From Promethearchaeota archaeon (GTDB lineage Archaea > Asgardarchaeota > Lokiarchaeia > Sigyniarchaeales > SOKP01): a stretch of DNA of 46,775 bases. Each line of letters begins with the position of its first letter. Position 1 is the stretch's first letter. Below, in pieces: positions 20,021 to 29,148 of this stretch. A model generated the notes under the pieces. The model saw nothing but the letters and a program-made list of their open reading frames with translations. It made no database searches and was not told the origin of the DNA. The stretch spans positions 1 through 46,775 of the forward strand of contig JBHLMP010000030.1 in the NCBI GenBank assembly GCA_048938025.1, read 5' to 3'. Position numbers and translations under genes: made by a program.

Positions 20021-20875
20021 ATGACTTATAACAAAATTGTAATAGAAAAGAAAATTAGGGAATTTCTAATAGAAGACTGTAATTATATTGACGTAAGTTC
20101 TAAATTTATTGATAAAGAAGCTCAAATTTCTTCAAAAATTAGAGTGAAAAGTGATGGATATATTTCGGGCTTAGAAGAATTAAAAATTTTATATGATCTT
20201 TTAAAAGTATCTACAAATTTTTTAAAAAAAGATGCAGATGAGGTTAAGAAAGGAGATGTCATTGTATTATTAAAAGGAAAAATAAAAGATATTCTTTTTG
20301 GAGAGAGAGTAGGCTTAAATCTTATTACACATATGAGTTCTATAACATCAACAGTAAGAGATTTTGTTAAAAAAATCAAAGATTCTGGAAAAAATGTTAA
20401 AATAGCATGTACTCGTAAAACAATTCCAGGAATGAGGATTTTTGAGAAAAAGGCAGCTGAATATGGACAAGCGGATCCACATAGATTTTCCCTAGATGAT
20501 ATGATTTTGTTAAAGGATACTCATTTGAGATATTATAACGGAAATGTTGAAAAACTTTTAAAAGATGTAAAAAGATTAGCCAGTTTTACTAAAAAAATTG
20601 AGATAGAAGTTGAAAGAGTAAATGATGTTCTTATTGCGGCAGAGAATGGAGCAAATATAATTATGTTAGATAATATGAACCCTGATATGGTTGAAGATGC
20701 TATAAATATGCTAAAAAAAAATAATTTACGAGAGAGTGTAATTATAGAAATTTCAGGGGGTATAACTTTAGAAAATATTATTGATTATTTAATATCAGAA
20801 CCAGATATAATAAGCATAGGTGAATTAACACAATTTCCATCACATAAAATGGATTTTTCCCTTCGATTTGATTAA
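20021..20875 (+). CDS. nadC: Quinolinate phosphoribosyltransferase
   Basis: CTRKTIPG, HRFSLDDMILLKDTH, EIEVE, IMLDNM, SGGIT. Confidence 0.95.
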   Translation: MTYNKIVIEKKIREFLIEDCNYIDVSSKFIDKEAQISSKIRVKSDGYISGLEELKILYDLLKVSTNFLKKDADEVKKGDVIVLLKGKIKDILFGERVGLNLITHMSSITSTVRDFVKKIKDSGKNVKIACTRKTIPGMRIFEKKAAEYGQADPHRFSLDDMILLKDTHLRYYNGNVEKLLKDVKRLASFTKKIEIEVERVNDVLIAAENGANIIMLDNMNPDMVEDAINMLKKNNLRESVIIEISGGITLENIIDYLISEPDIISIGELTQFPSHKMDFSLRFD

Positions 20876-20882
20876 AAAAATT

Positions 20883-21275
20883 TTAATCTATGATAATTTC
20901 ACGGATAGAGCAGATAACATCTTTTATTTTAGCTAATTGATTATACAAATCCTTAATTAACTCAATTTCTCCTACGAGTAAGATTAATTCTATCTTCTTT
21001 TCTGCGATTCGCCAATCTGTTATTGTTTTAATAATTTGATGGAATTTTGAGCATAAATCAGAAATCTGATCGACAATTACACTTTTAAAAGGATAGACTA
21101 GATTTATAGCCATAATTTTATATCCCTTTAAACTTTCAAATTTTTCATGCTTTTCAATAAAGTTTATTATTGAATCTCTTAATGCTTCACTTTTAGAATT
21201 AAATCCACTTAAGTTTCGAACTTTTTCAAATCTATCTAATAAATCATCACTAATTTGTAATGATATTATTGGCAT
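20883..21275 (-). CDS. NikR-like ribbon-helix-helix regulator lacking nickel ligands
   Basis: MPIISLQISDDLL...SKSEALRDSI RHH domain plus an ACT-like C-domain. Confidence 0.8.
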   Translation of the reverse strand: MPIISLQISDDLLDRFEKVRNLSGFNSKSEALRDSIINFIEKHEKFESLKGYKIMAINLVYPFKSVIVDQISDLCSKFHQIIKTITDWRIAEKKIELILLVGEIELIKDLYNQLAKIKDVICSIREIIID

Positions 21276-21343
21276 TATAATATTTATTAAAGAAGAGTGT
21301 ATAAAAAAATTTATTTTAGATTTTAGAAAATTTATTACGCATT

Positions 21344-22177
21344 TTAGAAAAAGTTATTTATAAACTCTATACTTTGAGTCAATTCTTTTGCTGAGGATAA
21401 TTCAATAATTAATGCCCCTGTATAATTATAACTCTTTATTGTTTCAAAAATTTCATCAAAATTGACCTTTCCTGTTCCTAGTGGTGGATGTGTATCTGAT
21501 TTTTTACTAAAATTGTCTACAAGATGAATATTTTTTATTTTACTATGAAATTTTTCCCATAGTAGTTTTACATTCCCATCACAGGTGTAAAAATGGCTTG
21601 TGTCATAAGTAAGAAATAGATTAGATTGATGGATCTTAGAAAATATATCTTCAATGTTGTTTTCATCCAACATTATATAACAATTCTTTGGCATATTTTC
21701 AATACAAACAGTTATATCAATTCCATTTGTGAATTCTAATAAGCTTTTTACTGATTGAACTAGTTGCATTTTATTAAATTCTCTTATAGAATTTATTAGA
21801 AAATTAGCTAGACCTGGATGAATTGTCATTATTTTTGCTCTAATTTTTTTACAGATTTTTGCAGTATTGCAATAAGATTCTATAGATGCTTTAGAGATAT
21901 CATAATTATGTGAGCATAAATTTACATCAATGAAAGGTCCATGGATTTGCTTTTTTATTGAATAAGAATTGATTATATCAATATACTTTTGTTGGTTTGT
22001 ACTATTAAATATTTCAGGAGGATCTAATACCAATTCTACAACTTTAATGTTATTTTCTTCAGCAAATTTAAGACAATCCTCGGAAGCTTTAAGTAATAAG
22101 TCAAACAAGTTCTCAAACTTACCTAAAAGTCCATATTCGATTATGTGCCCTAATGAACTTATACCTAATTCTTGCAT
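21344..22177 (-). CDS. Sugar phosphate isomerase/epimerase (xylose isomerase-like TIM barrel)
   Basis: HGPFIDVNL, HPG, IENMP, DTSH, HLVDN...DTHPPLGTG, IIEL. Confidence 0.9.
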   Translation of the reverse strand: MQELGISSLGHIIEYGLLGKFENLFDLLLKASEDCLKFAEENNIKVVELVLDPPEIFNSTNQQKYIDIINSYSIKKQIHGPFIDVNLCSHNYDISKASIESYCNTAKICKKIRAKIMTIHPGLANFLINSIREFNKMQLVQSVKSLLEFTNGIDITVCIENMPKNCYIMLDENNIEDIFSKIHQSNLFLTYDTSHFYTCDGNVKLLWEKFHSKIKNIHLVDNFSKKSDTHPPLGTGKVNFDEIFETIKSYNYTGALIIELSSAKELTQSIEFINNFF

Positions 22178-22199
22178 TCCTAATCAATTTCATAAATTT

Positions 22200-22883
22200 T
22201 TAAGATTTTTTATTTCGCATACTACGAGGATAATTCGCAAATAAACTCTCAAAGTGCTTTTGGAACCTCTCGGCATGTTCTTTGGAAATAATTTTGGGTT
22301 CCCCTATTTGTAATGCACCCCAATACATTTTTGCAAGTTTTTCCACCAATTCAGCAAATTTTACTGCATGTCCTAAAGATTTACCACAAATAATTACTCC
22401 ATGATTAGCTAATAATGCAGCATTTTTAATACCTAATGCTTGGAGTGCTGTTTCTCCTATCTCATCTGTGTGCGCTTTTCCAAATGGAGCAACATCAACA
22501 GAACCTCCTAAGAAGACAACCTGCTCTTCCATTATGATTGGTATATTTTTTCTTACAATAGATAATATTGTAGCAAAAGTCGAATGCGTATGAATTACAC
22601 ATTGAACTTTTGGTCGAGATTCATAAATAGCTATATGGAGCTTTACTTCTGTTGATGGGAGTTTTTTAGCACTTATTGTTGTACCATCAAGACTCATATG
22701 AACGATATCTTCTATCTTTAAAGATTCATATTGATTAAAAGATGGAGTGATGAAAAATTCATCTTTTTTTACATTTCTCACGCTTATATTTCCTTCTCCA
22801 GCCTCAACTAACCCTTTGGCAAAAATAGCTTTTGCTCCTTCAACTAATTCAGACCTAAGTTGTTCTTCCTTACTTATTACCAT
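22200..22883 (-). CDS. Class II aldolase/adducin family (FucA-like)
   Basis: EGNISVR, ITPS, PSTEVKLH, HTHS, LANHG. Confidence 0.93.
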   Translation of the reverse strand: MVISKEEQLRSELVEGAKAIFAKGLVEAGEGNISVRNVKKDEFFITPSFNQYESLKIEDIVHMSLDGTTISAKKLPSTEVKLHIAIYESRPKVQCVIHTHSTFATILSIVRKNIPIIMEEQVVFLGGSVDVAPFGKAHTDEIGETALQALGIKNAALLANHGVIICGKSLGHAVKFAELVEKLAKMYWGALQIGEPKIISKEHAERFQKHFESLFANYPRSMRNKKS

Positions 22884-23074
22884 AAATATTATAATTAAAA
22901 CTGAGTTAAAAATATATTTTGAAATTTTAAAGAGGATTGTTTGTAATGGTTTGGATTATTAGATATACTTTAAAAATTTTCAATAGTCTTTATTTTTAAA
23001 TCTTTTCTGATAATACCTAAATTGTCATATATTTTTTAGATGCTTGAAAGATTTTAATTTTTTAATATAAAATA

Positions 23075-24166
23075 ATGACTCGTATAATTTTACATTGCGA
23101 TTTAGATTGCTTTTTTGCTGCTGTGGAGATTAGAGACAATCCAGAATATAGAGGAAAGCCAGTGATTATCGGAGCAGATCCAAAGGAAGGAAAAGGAAGA
23201 GGTGTAGTATCTACATGTTCATATGAAGCCCGTGAATTTGGACTTCATTCTGCTATGCCAATTTCTCAAGCATTTAAATTATGTCCACATGGGATATATT
23301 TAAGGCCTAATTTCATTAAATACAAAGCATCTTCGGACAGTATACATACTATTTTGAAAGGTTATGCTCCTGATCGTTATCAAAAAATAGGACTAGATGA
23401 GGCATATTTAGAGGTTACAGATAGTTGTGCTAATTTTCAGGAAGCTAGAGATTTAGCTGATGAAATTCGAGAAGAAATACATAAAAAAGTTGGAATTACA
23501 ATTTCAATTGGTTGTGCTCATACAAAATCTCTAGCAAAAATCGCTTCAGATTATAATAAACCTAACGGTACAACTGTGGTTACTCCTGAAAATATGTTAG
23601 AATTCCTCAAATCAATGGATATAACAAGAATTCCGGGTATAGGGAAAAAATCTAAGAAATATTTTAATATTAAAGGTATTAAAACGATTGGTGATATAAT
23701 TAGAACACCCTTAAATAAAATGATTGAAATTTTTGGAAAACATGGGAAGTGGGTTTGGAATATAGCTCATGGAATTGATAATAGAGAAGTAAAAGAATTT
23801 GATGAAGAAAGAAAATCAATCAGTAAAGAAAGGACTTTTTATGAGGATACAGATAACTTCCAAGTCATTTTAAAAAAAATGGAAGAGATAAATAACAAAA
23901 TTCACAAAACTCTAGAAAATAATGATATTTATTACCGTACCATAACATTAAAAATAAGATTTGAAGGATTTTTAACATACACTAGAGCAAAAACCCTTCC
24001 AATTCCGATTAGAGATAAAAATAAAGCATTAAACATTGTTTTAGCTTTATATAAGGAATTTAAAGATAATGAAAGGAAAGTAAGGTTAATAGGAATAAGA
24101 TTTTCGAATTTTGAACAAAATTCAAAGATTAAACAAATGCGCCTAATTAACTTTGCAGTTTCTTGA
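23075..24166 (+). CDS. dinB: DNA polymerase IV (Y-family)
   Basis: HCDLDCFFAAVE, STCSYEAR, LDEAYL, AKIASDYNKPNG, VRLIGIR. Confidence 0.96.
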   Translation: MTRIILHCDLDCFFAAVEIRDNPEYRGKPVIIGADPKEGKGRGVVSTCSYEAREFGLHSAMPISQAFKLCPHGIYLRPNFIKYKASSDSIHTILKGYAPDRYQKIGLDEAYLEVTDSCANFQEARDLADEIREEIHKKVGITISIGCAHTKSLAKIASDYNKPNGTTVVTPENMLEFLKSMDITRIPGIGKKSKKYFNIKGIKTIGDIIRTPLNKMIEIFGKHGKWVWNIAHGIDNREVKEFDEERKSISKERTFYEDTDNFQVILKKMEEINNKIHKTLENNDIYYRTITLKIRFEGFLTYTRAKTLPIPIRDKNKALNIVLALYKEFKDNERKVRLIGIRFSNFEQNSKIKQMRLINFAVS

Positions 24167-25061
24167 GATGATCTATAACTTTATCATGAATGACACCATT
24201 AGAAGCTATAACTGCTGGTTCACTCCACATTAAAGTATCACTCTTAAACCAAATTGGTCGATTACTTGAATCAGTTACTTTTCCTCCTGCTTCTGTTACT
24301 ATCAAATATCCAGGTAAAAAGTCCCATGAAAAAGAATGTTTTCGGTCAATTGGTTTAATGTATAAATCAGCACTACCATCAGCAATCTTACAGAACTTCA
24401 ACATACTATCAATTCTAATTAATTTATTAATTCCTACTTTTTTCGCAAATTCTAAAACCCATGGTTTATCGTAATGCAATGAATGACATAATACAGCATC
24501 TTTTAACGAATCTTGATTACTTACTTTTATTTCTTTAAATTCTTTTCCTCCATATGATGCATAAACACCTATATTTTTTACCGCAGAAAACACTCCTAAT
24601 CCTTCTTCATTATAATTTGGAACCGAAATAGCAGATATTTTAGGGTCAGATTCTACCATTAACCCAATACCAACTGCATACGATAATCCTTCGACATATC
24701 CTTGAGTTCCATCGATAGGATCAACAGTCCATTCTCTTTTAGAAAATCTACCTCGATAATTTATTGTTTCTTTAATTTCTCCAACTTTAATTTTTAAATC
24801 ATCAAAACATTCATAGATTAACTTTTCAGAATTTATATCTATTAAGGAGCCTTCCTCTTCAGCTAAAATATGATCTTCCGGGAATTTTGCTCGCAAATTA
24901 TCTACAATGTAAATTTGGGTAGCTAAATCTGCTAAAGTTACTGGCGATTGATCTCGTTTTTCAAATGATTTAAATCCTTTTTCTTTGAACCATTCTGGAA
25001 TTTTATGAGCTTTTTTGACTAGACTAATAGCTAACTCAGATTCTTTATTATATATATTCAT
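24147..25061 (-). CDS. Inositol monophosphatase superfamily, 3'(2'),5'-bisphosphate nucleotidase-like
   Basis: DQSPVTLAD, AEEE, DPIDGT, WD...EAGGKVTD. Confidence 0.88.
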   Translation of the reverse strand: MNIYNKESELAISLVKKAHKIPEWFKEKGFKSFEKRDQSPVTLADLATQIYIVDNLRAKFPEDHILAEEEGSLIDINSEKLIYECFDDLKIKVGEIKETINYRGRFSKREWTVDPIDGTQGYVEGLSYAVGIGLMVESDPKISAISVPNYNEEGLGVFSAVKNIGVYASYGGKEFKEIKVSNQDSLKDAVLCHSLHYDKPWVLEFAKKVGINKLIRIDSMLKFCKIADGSADLYIKPIDRKHSFSWDFLPGYLIVTEAGGKVTDSSNRPIWFKSDTLMWSEPAVIASNGVIHDKVIDHLKKLQS

Positions 25062-25131
25062 ATTTCAAATAATGCAAAATTCTAAAAATTTATACCGATT
25101 ATAATTATAAATTATTATTTGTTCTCAATTT

Positions 25132-25980
25132 TCAATCTTCTTTATTCACCTTAAATCTTCTAAAATTCATCGTTTCCAAATCTATAATTACATATATTAA
25201 ATGATTTTCATGTTGATGAGACTGACCTGGTTGTACACATATTGTCTTTCCTAGTTTCGAGTTCCATCTTCCTGAAACTTCTGGACTCTCATGAATATGC
25301 CCATGAAAAGAGAGAAGCGGTTGATTTCTTTTTAAAAATTCATAAACGGCAATAGATCCTACTTTTCGACCATCATGACATACATCAAGTCCCAAATTAC
25401 TAGGTGGCACGTGAATTATATAAATTGCTTTTTTTATATTATCTGGTTTGATCAATTGATTCATTTCTTCCTCAATTGTAGGAAGAGTTTTTATATATGA
25501 TGACCAATCTTCAATTTTTATCCATCCATTTGGATTGGAGATGTATTGCTTCCCAATCTGTTTTGGTAATGTGAAATCTCTGTTATCCATCCTTGCCCTA
25601 TCTTTAAGTCCAAAAGGAAGATCTGTCACCCAGTTCATCCCAATAAATTCATAACCATGATCTTTTATCTGGAATCTTCTCTGGGCAACATTAAATACAT
25701 GGGAGTATTTATCGCAAATCTCTTGAAATAGTTCATCAAATATTATACAATCATCATTACCAAGTTGACATGCTAAATACAATCCTGATGAATTGCATTT
25801 GGAAAAATAATCATCAAGAAACCCTGTTATAAATTTATCTTGATATAACAAATTCCCTTTAAAGGGAAGCATATCTCCTCCATTTATTATCATATCAATG
25901 TTTAAGGAAATAGCTTCATGAAAAACTCTTTCATATTTCCATTTTATTCCGTGTATATCTGTGACTAGAAGGAGCTTCAA
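25132..25980 (-). CDS. Metallophosphoesterase (Icc-related)
   Basis: TDIHG, GGD, GNDD, HVPP, HGHIHE. Confidence 0.9.
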   Translation of the reverse strand: MKLLLVTDIHGIKWKYERVFHEAISLNIDMIINGGDMLPFKGNLLYQDKFITGFLDDYFSKCNSSGLYLACQLGNDDCIIFDELFQEICDKYSHVFNVAQRRFQIKDHGYEFIGMNWVTDLPFGLKDRARMDNRDFTLPKQIGKQYISNPNGWIKIEDWSSYIKTLPTIEEEMNQLIKPDNIKKAIYIIHVPPSNLGLDVCHDGRKVGSIAVYEFLKRNQPLLSFHGHIHESPEVSGRWNSKLGKTICVQPGQSHQHENHLIYVIIDLETMNFRRFKVNKED

Positions 25981-26139
25981 TTTTGGTAGCTTTATAATTT
26001 ATATTATAATTTAATCATATTTTCATTTAGAAACACTGAATAAGGAAATTTTCAATAATATAAAATTCTCTCTCTTTTTAAAGACCTAATAATTTAAAAG
26101 AATTAACTTAGAAATTAATAAGAAATTTTTCATTTCATT

Positions 26140-28218
26140 TTAAAATAGCAATCTTCTTATCTCTTTTTCATAATCAATCGTTAAAGGAAAAGTATGCTTT
26201 AATTTAAGTTGTTCATTTCTACTTTTTATATCAAATTCATTATTAAGTTCTTTCAAAAGCCATAGTAACTTATACAGTTCAATTTTTTTCATAAAATCTT
26301 TGTCAATTTTATAATATTGTGAGTAACCTTCATAAAAAGCATCTTTAAAATTATATCTCTCCAAGTTTTTTAGTGTTAAATATTCTATTTTAACAAAATC
26401 TTGTGCTCTACAACCAACACACCAATCATCAAAATCTATTAATCCATTTATTAAAAAATTGGCAGATTCTTCTTTCACAATAATATTTTGACCTTGAAAA
26501 TCATTATGTATTAGGGCAAAATCAATTTGATCTTCAATTAATGCCTCATTATCTCTAATGTAATCATTTATCTCTTTTATGAATTCAAATTTGTGCCTTT
26601 TAGCTTCTTGAATTTCAACTTCTAATTTTTTATTAAATATCTCTGAATAGGCATCTTTTTTCTTACCAATATCTTTTACATTTTCATAAGAAGAGTTAAA
26701 ATTTATTTTATGTAGTTTTCCTAAAATTATTCCTAAGTTCTTAAATAAATTTGGAAATTTTATCTTCCTTAAATTAATTTCTTCATTTAAAGATTGTCTT
26801 AAATACCAAATTAATGGTTTTCCATGAATATAATCTTGTACTGTGAAGATATATGGAACAGTCTCTTTAGTTTCGTCGTAATAAATCAAATTTCCTACAG
26901 GAACAGTAGGAGGATTATCTTTATGGAAAATATAAGCCCCCATTTTACTTGATACAATACTATTTACCTGACCTGTGAGATTGTCTATATCCCCGCTTAA
27001 GGTTCCATCTAAAAATGGATATAATAATTTTTCTTTAACGATATTTTCAAATGGAAAGTTTTCACAAGTTCTAAATCTAAAAATTAAATGACTATTTTCA
27101 AAATTTACTCTATAAATTGTATTTATTGTGGCATCAAATGGACCTATTATTTTTTTTAACTTTCCTTGTTCAATTAGAACATCTACATTAGAGAATGTTT
27201 TAATAATCTCCTTAAATTGATAGAGTTCTCTTTTTCCTAAGAAATATAACTTGTAAATTTGCTTTTGGTTAATTAAATAATTCACAGTTGCTTCTATTCT
27301 TCCTTTTGTTATTTCATCTAAATCTATTTGACGTTTAGGAGAAATTATACTAATCTCTTTAATAGGAGTTTTCAATTGTTCTTTATAGAGATGAAGAAAC
27401 GCGTACTTTAATCCACGTCTTTCTTTTCCTTCATTTATTTTAATGTCATATATCTTATTTCTTATATCATTTATTTGATCTTGTAATTGATGAACTTCTA
27501 ATATTTTATCTTCAAGAGCAAAATAGTATAATTTTGAGCTGAGATTTACTAAATTGCCAATACTAGATACTATTCCACTAAATCTTCTTTCTTCTAATGA
27601 AATTAATTGGAAGAAGTTTTGAAAACTGTCTTCCATCCCGCAATGAACTGAAAAATCATCATTTAATAGTTGAATATAGGATTTACAGTTTTTTATATTG
27701 TAAAAAGAATCATTTAATCCTTTCAGATTTGGGAAATCTCTTAAATAATTTAATATTTCGGGTTCTATCTCATTTCCAGCAAATTGATCTGGATTGTTGT
27801 GCAAATAAATCTGGTTTTTAAAATTAATTGCCCCTAATATGTTTTCAAAATATAATTTTAGACTCTCATTAGAAATTTTTTCTGAAATTGGGGGACTAAT
27901 CATAAAATTGATATCATTAAATCTTTTCGCCAAATCTTCCATTTGATCTATTGAATTCTCGACTTCATTGCTATAAACTCCAACCATAATAGGATTTTTA
28001 CCTCCTGAGGCTTCAAGTGCTAAATTAATAAGCTTAATCTTCTTGTTTAATTTATCTGAAAAAAGTATTCCCTCTCCCGTATTTCCAAAAAGAATAAGTG
28101 AATCTGCTCCATTTGTTAATATGTGACGAATTAAAAGAGAATTTAATTCTTCATTAATTTCAAAATCTTTTTCATAGAAAGTAACAGTATCGCAGATAGC
28201 ACCACTAATAGTTTGCAT
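26140..28218 (-). CDS. Fusion of a DHDPS/NAL-family TIM barrel (catalytic residues substituted) and an APH/choline-kinase-like phosphotransferase
   Basis: N-half: GADSLILFGNTGEG, LHNNP, KGLNDS. C-half: QDYIHGKPL, LGKLH, IHNDFQGQNI, LIDFDD. Confidence 0.85.
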   Translation of the reverse strand: MQTISGAICDTVTFYEKDFEINEELNSLLIRHILTNGADSLILFGNTGEGILFSDKLNKKIKLINLALEASGGKNPIMVGVYSNEVENSIDQMEDLAKRFNDINFMISPPISEKISNESLKLYFENILGAINFKNQIYLHNNPDQFAGNEIEPEILNYLRDFPNLKGLNDSFYNIKNCKSYIQLLNDDFSVHCGMEDSFQNFFQLISLEERRFSGIVSSIGNLVNLSSKLYYFALEDKILEVHQLQDQINDIRNKIYDIKINEGKERRGLKYAFLHLYKEQLKTPIKEISIISPKRQIDLDEITKGRIEATVNYLINQKQIYKLYFLGKRELYQFKEIIKTFSNVDVLIEQGKLKKIIGPFDATINTIYRVNFENSHLIFRFRTCENFPFENIVKEKLLYPFLDGTLSGDIDNLTGQVNSIVSSKMGAYIFHKDNPPTVPVGNLIYYDETKETVPYIFTVQDYIHGKPLIWYLRQSLNEEINLRKIKFPNLFKNLGIILGKLHKINFNSSYENVKDIGKKKDAYSEIFNKKLEVEIQEAKRHKFEFIKEINDYIRDNEALIEDQIDFALIHNDFQGQNIIVKEESANFLINGLIDFDDWCVGCRAQDFVKIEYLTLKNLERYNFKDAFYEGYSQYYKIDKDFMKKIELYKLLWLLKELNNEFDIKSRNEQLKLKHTFPLTIDYEKEIRRLLF

Positions 28219-28410
28219 TTCTAATCCCTTCAGTTGCTTATACTAAAAAAGAAACCTTGATCAGTTTTAAAATTTAGAATTAGGAGTTTTCAATCAATAT
28301 AATTTAGTATATTTTAGAATAATAATATTTTATTTTATAAAATTAAAATATAATTAATTTTCTTAATAATAATCATTTATTGGATTTAAATAAATTTGAA
28401 TTTCTGATTT

Positions 28411-29148
28411 TTGGGGTCTAAAATTTTTTGTAAAATCGATGGTAAAGATATTCCTCTTGTTACTACTGGAACTAGCCCATTCATAGGAGCAGATCAATTT
28501 GGATTTAAAGGACTTGAGTGGCGTCAAAGATTTTTAAATAACCCGGATAAAATGCTGGAAATTTTAGAAACAAGTTATCAAGCTGGTGCACGAGGGATTG
28601 AAGCTATCCCAACAGGGAAAATATTAGATGCTGCAAAAGTTATGATAGATACTTATAGTGATTATGTTATTACAGGATCAACTTATCCAGGAATAGATCC
28701 TAAAATTGATGTACTTATAGAAAATGGTGCCAAATTAATATTTGTTCACGCAGTTATTTCAGATAGAAAAGACAGAATAATGACTAAACTTTTAGATGCT
28801 ATTTCGAATCGCGGAATAATTCCTGGGATTGCCACACATGAACCAGTATCAATGATAAGATATGTAATAGAAAATAATTTAAATGTAAGAGTGTTTTTAA
28901 TACCTTTTAATGCAAACCGAATATTTATGGGTAATGCTAAGGAATTAGAAGAAATTGTTGACAATACAAAAAAATATCATTTTATAGGAATGAAGACTTT
29001 AGCTGCTGGAGCAATTATCCCTAAAATTGCATTCAATTATGTTTCTAGGCATAATATAACTGCTGTTACTATTGGAATGGTAACAAAACAACAAGCAGAA
29101 GAATCAACTAAAATTGCTTTAAAAGCATTAAGTAGTAAAAAAGTATAA
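28411..29148 (+). CDS. Conserved archaeal TIM-barrel protein (aldo-keto reductase-like fold)
   Basis: GTSPFIGADQFG, GIATHEP, LIPFN, GMKTLAAG. Confidence 0.65.
   Translation: MGSKIFCKIDGKDIPLVTTGTSPFIGADQFGFKGLEWRQRFLNNPDKMLEILETSYQAGARGIEAIPTGKILDAAKVMIDTYSDYVITGSTYPGIDPKIDVLIENGAKLIFVHAVISDRKDRIMTKLLDAISNRGIIPGIATHEPVSMIRYVIENNLNVRVFLIPFNANRIFMGNAKELEEIVDNTKKYHFIGMKTLAAGAIIPKIAFNYVSRHNITAVTIGMVTKQQAEESTKIALKALSSKKV

Noticed and set aside
26140-27240. APH domain as an aminoglycoside-resistance gene
   Set aside because: The fold is shared by many metabolic kinases; the fusion and context point to metabolism, and nothing indicates antibiotic specificity.
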